64,000 nucleotides of DNA, from NCBI GenBank assembly GCA_051599415.1, contig AP039709.1, positions 62,001 through 126,000 on the forward strand, in the 5' to 3' direction. Of the stretch, positions 20,964-32,496 are shown piece after piece. A model generated the notes under the pieces. The model had not been told where the DNA came from. It did no database searches and saw only the letters and a list, made by a program, of their open reading frames with translations. How positions within the stretch are numbered: position 1 is the first letter of the stretch; each line of letters starts with the position of its first letter. A program made the position numbers and the translations under genes. The DNA is from Savitreella phatthalungensis (Eukaryota).

Positions 20964-21231
20964 TCAGCTGGCAAGTCGCGAATTGCGTCTCGGCGAGCTT
21001 CCAGTCGGCCCACGCCTCCCTTACTTGACTCCTCGGGCAACTTGACGAGCTCGCGTGTGCCGTCAAGCTGCTTGTGGCTCTCACGTGATCGAGGATCAAA
21101 CTCCGTGCTCGGCCATGAATATGATACACGCGTCCAGATCTAAGAAAAAACATGCATGGCTAAAGAAAAGAGTAGAGCATAATCACTGCAAAGGCCGCGG
21201 TGGGTGCCTTGGAAGCTGCAGGACCTGCAAA

Positions 21232-23409
21232 ATGAGCGGAGGTCAGCCGCGCGTCAAGAACAAGGCAGTCGCGCCGATACAGATCACTGCAGAGCAGCTG
21301 CTACGTGAGTCTTTCGATCGACGTGAGTCTGGACCAGTAGCACCAAAGCACCGTATCGCCGATGAGGAAGAGCTCAATGAGTATCGCGCGCGCACTCGGA
21401 AAGGCTTTGAGGACCGCATCAGACGGAATCCGCTGAACTCTCAGACATATATCAAGTATGCGGCGTGGGAGGTTGAGCAATCAGAATACGCTCGCGCGCG
21501 ATCGGTGCTCGAACGCGCAATTGAAGCGGATCCTTCGCAGGTTGCCGTCTGGGTTCGTTATATCGACATCGAGATGAAAGGCCGCAACATCAATCATGCC
21601 CGAAACCTGTGTGATCGCGCTGTCACCGTCCTTCCGCGAGTCGACAAGCTATGGTACAAGTATGTCTACATGGAAGAAACGCTGGGCAACGTGGAAGGCA
21701 CACGAGAAGTGTTTGAGCGTTGGATGCGATGGGAACCTGATGAGCAGGCTTGGACGGCCTATGTGAATTTTGAGAGGAGGTATAAGGAGGTCGCGAAAGC
21801 TCGAAGGATCTTCGAACGCTACACCTTCGTTCATCCTGGGGCTCGAAATTGGCTCAAGTGGGCGGCTTTTGAGCAGGACGAAGGAGATGCAGACACAACT
21901 CGCCATGTCTACACGCTTGCGATCGATACTTTGGGAAACGAACTGATGGACGAGCGGATCTTCGCTGCCTATGCGCGATTTGAGGCTTCCCTCAAGGAAT
22001 TCGAAAGAGCTCGAGCGATCTTCACTTACGCTCTCGACAGATTACCTCGTTCCGGATCTCGCACCCTATACAACGACTACACCCGATTCCAAAAGCAGCA
22101 CGGTGACAAGAACGATATCGAGGATGCTGTCAGTGCTCGACGACGACAGGAGTACGAGCTTGCGCTGAAGACTGATGCAGATGATCTAGACATTTGGTTT
22201 GACTATGTGAGTATGGAAGAGTCAAGGCAGGAGGCGCGGTCGGACCGTGTCCGCGACATCTACTCGAGAGCCACTGCGAGGGTACCGCACGCAAGCAAGA
22301 AGGATGATCAGTGGCGGAAATACATCTTCTTGTGGCTCTACTGGGCTTTGTTCGAGGAGTCGATTGATGACCTCGATGCTGCCAGAGCTCGCTACGAGGC
22401 CGCGCTTGCCACGCATACCGGCCGCGATTGGACTTTCGCTAAGCTTTGGGACGCTTACGCTCGCTTTGAGATTCGACGAGGTGATATCGCCCTTGCGCGG
22501 AAGCTGTTCTCTCGGGCGATCGAAGAGCATCCCATGAAGGATGGTCTATACAAGCGTCAGATCTCGCTAGAGGTCGAATTGCGTTCCTTTGATGCATGCA
22601 GAGGTCTCTACGAGCGTCTGATTGAGAGCAATCCGGCAAACACGGAATCTTGGGTCGCTTTCGCCCAGCTGGAGAGCGAGCTCGGCGACGATGATCGAGC
22701 ACGTGCAATTTTCGAGCTCGCCATCTCACGCGACGAGCTAGACCTACCAGAAGCTGCGTGGAAAGCATACATTGATTACGAGCTCGATAACGGGTTGTAC
22801 GATAAAGTTCGGGCGCTGTATGAGAGGCTGCTCGTGCGGACACAACACGCGAAGGTGTGGATCGCATTCGCCAAATTCGAGCTCGCCCTCACGGAGACTG
22901 ATGATGCTGAGAAGCGCTGCAGGGATATTTTCATCCGAGGCGATGAGTCATTCAAGGAGCGCTCCCATGAGTTTGCGGATGAGGACGAGACGGATCCTGA
23001 GGAGAAAGACGATTACAATGACCAGCGCGTGCTGCTCCTTCAGACCTGGTTGTCGTTCGAACGTCAACACGGGTCTAATCAGGAGATCGAGAAGGTCGAA
23101 AAGCTGCAGGGACGTAAGGTCAAGCGACAGAGACGAACAAGCAGCGGTATGGAGGAATTCTACGACTATGTGTTCCCTTCGGCAGATGCAACAGATGCCA
23201 AGGCAAGTGGCCTTCTGAACATGTTGGCCGCCGCGCGTGCCTGGAAGGCTGCGCAAACAGGACGGCAGGCTCAGGAGAATCCCGACACAAACAGCCGTGA
23301 AACCGAAGACGACGTGCGTGTCCACAAGGGTCTGGTACATTATGACCACAATGAGAATGGTAATGAAGACACGAGGAACGACGATGATGATGAGGATGAG
23401 GAATGGTAA
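21232..23409 (+). CDS. CLF1: Pre-mRNA splicing factor Clf1/Cwf4 (crooked neck, HAT repeats)
   Basis: VKNKAVAPIQITAEQLLRE, multiple HAT repeats, EEFYDYVFP and LAAARAWK. Confidence 0.96.
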   Translation: MSGGQPRVKNKAVAPIQITAEQLLRESFDRRESGPVAPKHRIADEEELNEYRARTRKGFEDRIRRNPLNSQTYIKYAAWEVEQSEYARARSVLERAIEADPSQVAVWVRYIDIEMKGRNINHARNLCDRAVTVLPRVDKLWYKYVYMEETLGNVEGTREVFERWMRWEPDEQAWTAYVNFERRYKEVAKARRIFERYTFVHPGARNWLKWAAFEQDEGDADTTRHVYTLAIDTLGNELMDERIFAAYARFEASLKEFERARAIFTYALDRLPRSGSRTLYNDYTRFQKQHGDKNDIEDAVSARRRQEYELALKTDADDLDIWFDYVSMEESRQEARSDRVRDIYSRATARVPHASKKDDQWRKYIFLWLYWALFEESIDDLDAARARYEAALATHTGRDWTFAKLWDAYARFEIRRGDIALARKLFSRAIEEHPMKDGLYKRQISLEVELRSFDACRGLYERLIESNPANTESWVAFAQLESELGDDDRARAIFELAISRDELDLPEAAWKAYIDYELDNGLYDKVRALYERLLVRTQHAKVWIAFAKFELALTETDDAEKRCRDIFIRGDESFKERSHEFADEDETDPEEKDDYNDQRVLLLQTWLSFERQHGSNQEIEKVEKLQGRKVKRQRRTSSGMEEFYDYVFPSADATDAKASGLLNMLAAARAWKAAQTGRQAQENPDTNSRETEDDVRVHKGLVHYDHNENGNEDTRNDDDDEDEEW

Positions 23410-23448
23410 AGAAGAGAATAAGAGAATCGTAATACCGTGGTAGCAATA

Positions 23449-24162
23449 TCAACTGGCCATGACGCCATCGATGAGTTCCCTGACCGGCGAGAATTCGCGG
23501 TCGTCGACGAGGTCGAACTCGCGGACAAAGAAGACAAATTGTTTGAAAGACGTATTGAGGTGAGCTTCGATGCCAAGTGCAGCGACAATCGCGAAATGCT
23601 CTGTGTACATGTGCGCGTAAATTCTGAACATGCGTTTGCACATTGTCTTGACGAGTCCGTCGAACCCACGGGCGAAGGGGACGCCAAGTTCCGATGGGAA
23701 CTTGTTCTCATCGTCGATGTTCTCCTGAAGCCAAGAGAAGACGTTCTCGACGTACTCTTTTGCTGGCAGCGCCGTTGCTCGGCGGTACTTGACATCATCC
23801 TGCCACAAGTATTCGACCCCAGGCCCAGCGCGCATCGACGGGTACCGCTCCGGCGTGACGAAGTCAGACAGCGGCGCCCACAGCATCTTGAGCTGATTCA
23901 TGAAATCAACCACCAGGCAAGCCATCCATTCCTCTCGATCCTCACCCTCAGGCAATTTGACGGTCGTCCGTAGATCACCACTGCCTAAGATCGCCTCGGC
24001 GTACTGCCGCAACTGGAAGAGCTTCGTCCCGGCCTCTGCACGATTATTCGGCTTGAATGTCGTTCGTCTGTTCAATGACTAGTCAGCGTCACGAAATCTC
24101 GATGAAATTTAATGCGATTTGCATAGCAGAGAGGCTTACCCTTTCAAGAAGGTCGTCATCAT
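23449..24162 (-). CDS. MOB1: MOB kinase activator Mob1; exons 24162-24140 and 24067-23449
   Basis: Intron GTAAGC..GCTGAC..CAG (24139-24068) gives MMTTFLKGRTTFKP in frame. LGSGDLR..VKLPEG, FPSELGVPF, RIYAHMY..HF and HLNTSFKQF motifs. Confidence 0.93.
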
Positions 24163-25710
24163 TACTCTCGTTCTTGTCACGGAGGTCGACGTTAAGGCGC
24201 GGGGTTGAATAAGAGAGCTTGAACGAGCGAGGACCAATACGACCGGGAGCGACCAGCAACAAAGAGTCGCAGTGATCTATCAGCGCGTGGATGACTGAGA
24301 TGACTCACTGACTGATTTTGTGAGACGACAGGTAGGCTGACAATCAGAAGCTTCTTCTTCCAGGTTGATGCATTGTTTACATTTGAGCCAAAATAGAAGC
24401 CCCACGTGAAAGATCTTTCCCCTTGTCCGCAATTGACAGCATTAACTTTGGCTGAGTGAGTGAGTTTGCTGGACATGCACAACATTTGCGTTGGCTCGAT
24501 CAATCGATCAAATTCTATCAAATTCTAACCAAATTTGATCGGATTCTCGAATCACAGACATTTCGGGATCACGGGAAGTCCCGAATTCATCTTCGGCTCC
24601 TTCTGAGAGCAGCATCACAAGATGAATACAGCGTCACTCAAGGACGTCATGTTCTTGTTCGAAATTTCTGATAGCGCACAGCTAGGCATAGCCATGGTCG
24701 GCGTCAGACAAAAGTACTTGTGAATTCACGAGTCTAGAGGTGGACGAGTCTCAAGCGTTACGGCGTGAACACTGTAGTGAAGACAGTAATGGCCTTTGAA
24801 TCCTGTCGTGAGCGCAGATCACTCCAAGAGTTCATGACTTGATCCAGTCAATGCTACATATAGCGTCGAGCAGGCTGACAACGCAGGCTGCCGTCAACTA
24901 TCGATCATTGCTCGAGGGGATGACAGTGTGCTTTCGTCAAGACGTTGCCAGTCTGTCCCATGGACTGCTCATGGAGGGCATCATATGCAGTCTATTGAGC
25001 TCCTAGATTTATTACACCAAGAGCATTGACATCATTTCATCAAAGGATTCATTCATTCTGCATCAAATCGCTCATTCAATGATGCGATACAGGTGATTGA
25101 TTGAGATAGTGATTGATTCGAGTCTTTGGTCTACGCGGTGCCAGGATGCTCACACCGATAAGCGCACAGCTATCGCGCAAGCTCGCGACCTCTCAGTCCA
25201 ATCGAGGCCGCGACTTCCGCATCGCACCAGGCGTTTGGACTTTATCTGAACAATCGGTAAGTGAATAGCATTTAATTCGCCTTGAAAGGGCAAATTCCCC
25301 CGGCGATCTTCGAGTGAGGTGCTCCGCCGGACCTCCGCAGCATCTTGCCCATTCTCAATCTGATCTCTGGGTCTAATTCGAGCTGTGCGCACTGGACGTA
25401 CCAGATGCACAGGGCATCTTAATTTCAGAGATGAATGCCTAAATAATGGTGTCTCTCATCCTGCAGGTGTTGAAGTGCGGAACGGAAAGACGGCGAATAA
25501 TATAGCGAGTGCATATTGGCCAATCGCCGTAAAGCCCCAGAAAGGGTGTGCAAGGGCATAGGCAAGCTTGTTGTCGATCATCTGCCATATTGGGCAAAAG
25601 TCGGTCCGAAGACTCGGAACACTCCACCACTAACTGCCTTCAACAACCATTCACTCATTTCCAAGAAAGGCGCGACCACCTACACGGCTATCCTCGCTGT
25701 CGACCCAAGA

Positions 25711-26202
25711 ATGGATCAGGATCACCAAAGAAATCTGTTCTCGGACAATGTGCGTCATCTGAATGGGTCAAGTGTGAGCGAGGTTCGTGCACAGGCGGTC
25801 ACACATGCAAATCGGTTGATGCAGGTTCGCACAGACTTCCGCGAACAAGCTCTTCAACTCGTGAGGACCAAGCCTGAGCTTGCGGATGAGGCATGGCGCG
25901 ATGTCTCTACTGCATTGTGTTTCTCTAAGGATACGCGCAAATTGATTCATGCGATTGAGGACCTTGCGAAGGACCTCGTTGACCGCATGAATACACGCCA
26001 CAACACACTTGCAGAGCATGTTGACCACATGCAGACGAGAGCTACCGACCATCTGGATCACGCCTTGACAATTCATTTGGAGACGCGGCGTGATGAGCTT
26101 TCGCGAGCAGATCCCGCAACCTCACTCCTCGATGCATTCGAGCAAATCAAGGAGTTTGCACACGCACCTGCACCTGCAGATGATCATGACCACAGGAGAT
26201 AA
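25711..26202 (+). CDS. Hypothetical alpha-helical protein (the open frame begins at 25516)
   Basis: Longest ORF of the interval, with protein-like amphipathic composition. No family recognised. Confidence 0.5.
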   Translation: MDQDHQRNLFSDNVRHLNGSSVSEVRAQAVTHANRLMQVRTDFREQALQLVRTKPELADEAWRDVSTALCFSKDTRKLIHAIEDLAKDLVDRMNTRHNTLAEHVDHMQTRATDHLDHALTIHLETRRDELSRADPATSLLDAFEQIKEFAHAPAPADDHDHRR

Positions 26203-27586
26203 ATCGAGCACCTGCGGACAAAGTAAGGGAGGGGTCCGAGATCGACCGGGATGACAACGAAGCTGTTTGCATGAGATGAATGAAGTCACCTAGTCATCCA
26301 CATTTACGGGGAATTCCTCTCAGCAGCTTGCAGACATCAGCCTATTTCGACTGATTGAAGGCGCCTAGAGCAGTGCCAATCTGCATGCATGTCTCAAAGC
26401 GGATTATGGCCGTCAAGACTGCCTGCGTCGGCTCCCGTTGTCAACGTGAACAGGCGAGCATTTACAGGCCTGGTAGGATACATTGCTCCCAACTCAGTTC
26501 TCGTCAGAATTTGACTGGACAAGGTTCCCGGGGAGAAGTGGGAAACTCTGCAATATGTCAACGGCAATCAGAGCCTCATCCTTGCTCAGCTGTATCAAGC
26601 ATTTCTCTGGCTCGCTCCAGAATGGAGATTTCCCTGCCCTGGTCACAACCTATTCGTTGGCGATTCTCGCTTTGTGCTCACTGACGATGTAGCCTGTCTG
26701 AGTACTGTCGAAAACTAAGCCTAAAATTCGACCTCGATTATCTCTCACCAAGTCGATGACAAATTTTAAAGCCATGTGTAGAGCTGAGCGAGATGAATGT
26801 CTCAGTCTAGAGCTCGAGGCTGGCCTGCACACTATCGAGTCTGGTCATATTTTCGATCTTGTCATCTTCGCGACACTAACTACTCTTGATGCAAAATAAG
26901 CAGCCAGACCTTTAGAGAACTCCTCTTCTAGACGAGGTCACATTGTTCCACCATGGTCACAGCCCGTCTTCGTCGATATCCGGCAGCATCAACGAGTAAC
27001 ACTGTAATCAATCCAGCTCAGTTCAGTCAAACAATGGATACAAGCCACATCCAAATCCAATGTCCCCTCCCCTCCACCTCCTCGACATTCTATCCACTAC
27101 CCTCTTGGCTAATTGCGATGACTTCAGGGCTTTCAGCAGAGCACAGATCCAAAGGCTTCTAGAGCAACTTACCCGGGCCCCATGCGGGAATCTCTTTGAA
27201 TCTTTACTCGGCTGGCCATGAGTTTTTCATCCGATCTGATCGATTCATCGGATGATATCAGCTGGTTTGAGCACGCGCTCAATCCAACGCTTTGCTGGGC
27301 GCTCAATCAGTCAGGCGGTCACGCAGGCTTTGAGCCAAAAAGCAGCAGAGTGGGTCAAGCAGTGAAAGAGTGGAGGCCACGAAATTGATTATTTGGTCAC
27401 CACACCTGATGGATCTTGTCTGTCGATCGGCTGCTATCATACCCAGTGCCATCGTCAAAAGTCGTCCATCATCCACATTTCAGTTCAACACATCAGTCTT
27501 ATCACCACTTCGACCTACAGGGTAAAGCATCCTCTAGCGATCCTTCGTCTGCGAATCTCGCAGGCTTGAGTCGCAGCTCCTACAAA

Positions 27587-28432
27587 ATGCCTGAGGCAGC
27601 GGCATCGCGCTCGCCCCTGCGTCGCTTGCGGAAAGCTCTGAGTCGAAGCAACATCGCAGGTCTGGCGAATGACAACAGCAGCAGCGGCAGTCGGAGACCG
27701 CGTAGCTACGACGACGATCAACCACCAGCAGATCTGACGATACCATGCTCTCGTACATCTCGCAAGAGCTTTGACCTGACATTATCACGGTCTCACACAC
27801 TTTGTTCCTTATCGCCAAGTACAACGCCGGCAGATAGCCTCAGTCTTTCTGGTGTCTCGACAATGTCTAGCTGCCCAACGACCCGGGCTCGTTCGCCCGA
27901 TGATTCAACGAACTCGTTGACGCCGGCGACGCCGCAGAGCGCCGCGTATGTCACACTGCCATCTCCTACACATAGCAGTTTTTCAGGCTCGGTCAAGATG
28001 CTGCCTGTCACACCGGCCTCACCGGAACTGCTCAAATCGAGTATCGAGGCACAGGTATTGACATCCGTCAACCAGGCGATCGCACAGCACGGCACATCCC
28101 AGCTCGCTATGACAGCTGCTGCCAATCAAACGATGCTGGCTCAATCTATTCACGCGAAGCGCGTATCGGTCTCGGCACCGACCTCACCGGTAACGATGAT
28201 ACGGACATTCAGCTCGTCGCTACAGTCACGCAGACGAGGCGCGAGCACGCTGTTTCGAAATGCCCCTGCGGCAGCAGCGTTGCCTGCGGACGCTCACAGA
28301 TACGCAGCTCTACCTCTACCGAGCATCCCGCAGGGCAAGGCCACAGGCACAGTAACTGCCGCTGAGCTTACGATGAGCTACCTACCCGCCGGACTCTACG
28401 AGTCGCTTGTGCAGCGACCGCAGACCTGCTGA
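27587..28432 (+). CDS. Hypothetical Ser/Thr/Pro-rich, probably disordered protein
   Basis: About 280 aa from an ATG in AAAATG context, with many SP/TP and RxxS sites. No domain recognised. Confidence 0.6.
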   Translation: MPEAAASRSPLRRLRKALSRSNIAGLANDNSSSGSRRPRSYDDDQPPADLTIPCSRTSRKSFDLTLSRSHTLCSLSPSTTPADSLSLSGVSTMSSCPTTRARSPDDSTNSLTPATPQSAAYVTLPSPTHSSFSGSVKMLPVTPASPELLKSSIEAQVLTSVNQAIAQHGTSQLAMTAAANQTMLAQSIHAKRVSVSAPTSPVTMIRTFSSSLQSRRRGASTLFRNAPAAAALPADAHRYAALPLPSIPQGKATGTVTAAELTMSYLPAGLYESLVQRPQTC

Positions 28433-29939
28433 TTCCGCCATTGTCTACCCCTGTTGATAACCGAAACGACCGCGTCTACCTCGATAGACTCTTTCTCCCA
28501 CCCGCAATGCCCCTCAATGACCTCTACGACACACCAAAAAAGTCCACTTACAAGCCGCTGGCAGGCTACTTCTCGCCCGCGGTTAAAATGCCCAGCGGAC
28601 ACCACTTTACACTAGCTCTATCTACATGACATGACCTCTGATTCACTGAACATCGCCCCATGTGCTGTAAATCTTGCATCCACAATTAATCGTAGCGGAA
28701 CCGCTTTGTCGATCGAGATTGCGCAGACAAAATTACCCGCCGTGATGACTGCATCAAGAGGTGATCTCGCGGTCGATCAACTCGTGAACAGTGGAATACG
28801 GGAAGCATTCTTCTCGAAGTGAAGAACGTCCTCAAAGTACGTATACCGAGCTGCCCAGCGAATCTCGATCAATCGTCTGATCAACCACTAAATCAATTGA
28901 GCCTCGTAGACGATGTATCGCTGATCCTTTCAGCACAGGCACAGCATTCTGCGATATAGCATAGATCCAGGCACGCACTGGACCTGTGATAATACGAAGT
29001 GGCATTTGTAAAAAACAGCTCTGGAAGTGCGCAGATGCTCAGAAGGTGAGGCCGAGGCAAAGATCTTCATCGCTGACATGCATCATCTCTTTCTGAGGCG
29101 TTACGATCGATTTTCCTTTTCGTTTTTGGGTAGAGCAGAATTTTTGGAAAGCCTCACACTTCACACTCATCCAGCCTATAGTTCGTAACATAACTCGAGG
29201 CGCTCCAAGGCCAGCTGGACTTTTATTACTTCGTCCAATTTCAGCTAAATGAAAATAAACATTATATTAGGTCGATTCTGACTATCGCCTGTAAGACAAG
29301 CATGTTCGCATTCTTGAATTGCAGCCATGGTCAAATTCTGATCTGGACAGTGGCGACGCCTCTTCATGTCTCACTTTCACATCATACGATCACCATCGCA
29401 CCTGCGTATGAAATGCGAGTCATAGACATTCAGATCACTCATTAATCCATGATTTCATTCTCCATTCAATTTCATCACTGACGGTAATCACATCAGGCTT
29501 GCTTCGGGGCAATAAACCTTGCAGAGGCCGAGGGAAATATCTCCGACTGACCTTATGCATTAATGAATATTCATCTCGTGCACGAAGGCGAGACTGGTTG
29601 ATCACCTTTGCGAATAGAAACCCGCTCGCGATGTCTGCATCGATTGCTGCCAAGTGACACATGACGTTCAAGCGGACACAAGCATGCACGGATGCGTCGC
29701 GGACGGCCGGCAGACGCATGCCCCCACTATGATATACCACTGGCTATGCGAACCGACCCGTAGATTCGGTCGCCCATGCATTTTCCATATTCGAAATGCT
29801 GCAAAGAGCCAGTATCGTGGTCAAACGATGTGGAGCAAGGGGAGAAAAGAAATCTCTGAGCGCGTATTCAGGTTGTTCAGTCTTGGTCTGCGTTCGCTCA
29901 GGTTGTTTTCCCAATTCGGCGTTCCTTCCCGGTCACATT

Positions 29940-30332
29940 ATGAAAGCCACTTTTTCACTCATTGCGTTGTTCAATGTCAATTCTATCACATGCATCCGGC
30001 ATTTTTATCCTTCTCATATGGCTTCAATAATAAAAGAAAAGAGCACTAAACCAATGCCATTGATCTATCATGTTCAAGCATATGCCCGCTCGATCTCATT
30101 CACATGCTTTACACATGTCGATTTAACTTCGACTGTGCCGTTCCATGTGAATATTCACCTAGCTACATATCATTGGTCTACAACAATTGACTATCAAATA
30201 ACCTTGTCGGAGATATACTTTCCATCGTGCGAGTCAAATGAAATAGATCTGCAAAGCCAACCTCAAAATCTTCATGCACTGAACCAATTTGTCGATGTCT
30301 GTAGACAATTGGATGTCTTCGCAGGCATTTGA
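29940..30332 (+). CDS. Possible small secreted protein (130 aa)
   Basis: MKATFSLIALF.. weak signal-like N-terminus and 4 Cys, in AT-richer DNA. Could be a chance ORF. Confidence 0.25.
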   Translation: MKATFSLIALFNVNSITCIRHFYPSHMASIIKEKSTKPMPLIYHVQAYARSISFTCFTHVDLTSTVPFHVNIHLATYHWSTTIDYQITLSEIYFPSCESNEIDLQSQPQNLHALNQFVDVCRQLDVFAGI

Positions 30333-32496
30333 CCTGCTTATGGTGTGCATCTATATCAGTGCTCGGATGCCAAGACGTGAGATTCAAAAAGTCTTGCTAT
30401 TTCCGTCCTACAACCAGTTCACCAATATGAAATTGTCGTACTCTGAACTTCCTAGACAAACGTAAGGATTCGGCGATGTGACCGTTCGTGGAATCGATGC
30501 GCACGCAGAGAGGGGGCAGTGAATGGGTCTGTGAGCGTCCTCATACTCGTGACGTGCCCCTTTCCCTCAGATGATGCGGGCTCAGGCTCTCATCAGACCC
30601 GCTCGATTTATGGACAAGAATGACCACGCGTCAGTGAACACCTCGATTTACACCTACTGGTGTGCCACAGCAGCCACCGCTTTCTCTCACGTCCCGCTCA
30701 GTGCGAGAAGAAATCGGGAATTGACGGTGTTATGATTCTTGTCCCGCTTGTTCACGCCTATACACAGTCTGAGTCGAGTGATACTTCCACGTGTCTGCTA
30801 GAGGGTGAATTCGCATGTGATACATCACGATCTATGGAATTCTAGACCTGAACGCCCAATGCAGTATAGCAAAACCCCCTCATCCACAACCTTCCCCCAC
30901 TCACATCGCCTACCCTTCCCACATATAATTCTTCAACCCATAGCCAGAAAAGGAAATGCCATATTCTTTCTCTCGACTGAGGCCGTCACTCACCTCACCC
31001 TACTCACTCACCCACTCACAATGTAATGGATGAAATATTTAGCTTTCTGCGGAGCCGCCCAAGCGAGTGATCCCGCGGGCGGGTCTGGCACCCAGGACAC
31101 AGTCCACAGCCACGGGCCAGAACCACCGAATTCATCACCGCAGTCCCCGTCCAACCACAGATTGACCTGATTGGCGCTAAATGGACATGTACGCGTCAGT
31201 GAGCTTGCCACTTTCTGCACAAGCATAGTAACGATCTCATGTCGAGGCCGGAGTGTCACAATGCCGTCTCACCGTCGCGTGGTTGCGTGCGAGCGCGTGC
31301 GCGCGTAAGCTGGATGTCATCGTCACGTCGTCCACCTTTCCTGATCCAGTTAGATGAAGCCCTCTCCAAATATTGCCTCGGTCGAATCTGTGAGAATCAC
31401 CCGATAGATCGGGCCACTGGAAAAACATCCCCAAGGCGCAGACCCCTTGTCGACAGGTTGACTCAACTTCATCCCGGCTCCTTGTCACAAGTCTCACACA
31501 CCCGCTGTCAAGATCGATCAGAACTGAGACCACCAACTCACGCCGACAATTCACAAGATCTCACGTGTCGAACCCCAACCCCCTTTCACACTTCCCCCCG
31601 CATAAACTTGCCATCGTCTACTGCTCATTGCCGTGCTGGGTGTATCGGTGTATCACTAGGTCAGTTTCTCACAGTGACAAGAATCGATCAAACAACGTTG
31701 CAAAGACAGATCGCTAGGGGTTCGCATAGTGGAAAAGCTCAGGAATAATGCATATGTCTGCCACCTGCTTGATCTTGAAGACTTCCGACCGCATTGTAAT
31801 TGAACGTGCATTATGTGGGACACGGTGTATCGCGGTACTATTGCATCAGATGGCATGGTAAGTTTCAATTCGTCTCAACTACGAGCAGAGTAACTACGTG
31901 CTTGCACCAGCAATCTTGTCCCTTTAAAACATTTCAAGACACGTCCTCAGCATATCGGTTGACAGATTTCGGGACGTTGGCTAGCAGAGGATCTGTGATC
32001 CGCGGTAGTTCCGAGCTTAGCATCTTTGGCAGTTCCGCGCACGGGAGCTATGAGGGACGTCTCCGATCGATGCGCGATCCGAGCATCAGGAGTGGGCGGC
32101 GTTTCCGACATACGGATGTCGCAAAATCCTCCGAAGCCTCTTCCTCTTCTTCTTTCCCGGGTAAATGGGAATCTGCAATTTTCCAAACACCCATATATGG
32201 CATGGCGCATACCCGAATTGGCCTTTCGGGTGTACTGCATTGCACTGCCCTGTCTGGTTGTTTACGCTAGGCTGAATTTGAATTTCTCTCGCTTTCGGAA
32301 GGCGGCTCGGTGCGGAAAGGGAAAAAAAGAAAAAGAAAAGGAAAAGCCAGGAAGAGATGCAGATACCGTGCATGCATCTATGCACGATCTGGACAGATGG
32401 CGTTGCCTGGCGCTCTCACTTCGCAGTCTCGCTAGCTCACTATATGTCCGCGGATGCGGCTTCTTCTTGGCGTGAGTCAGCCTCTTGGTGCTGTGC

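Noticed and set aside
25146..25466. Possible upstream exon (ATG 25146, GTAAGT donor 25257) for the 25516 ORF
   Set aside because: The best acceptor (CAG 25466) puts it out of frame with a stop soon after.
28441..28629. ORF that might extend the Ser-rich protein
   Set aside because: Different frame, and no intron with a clear branch site links them.
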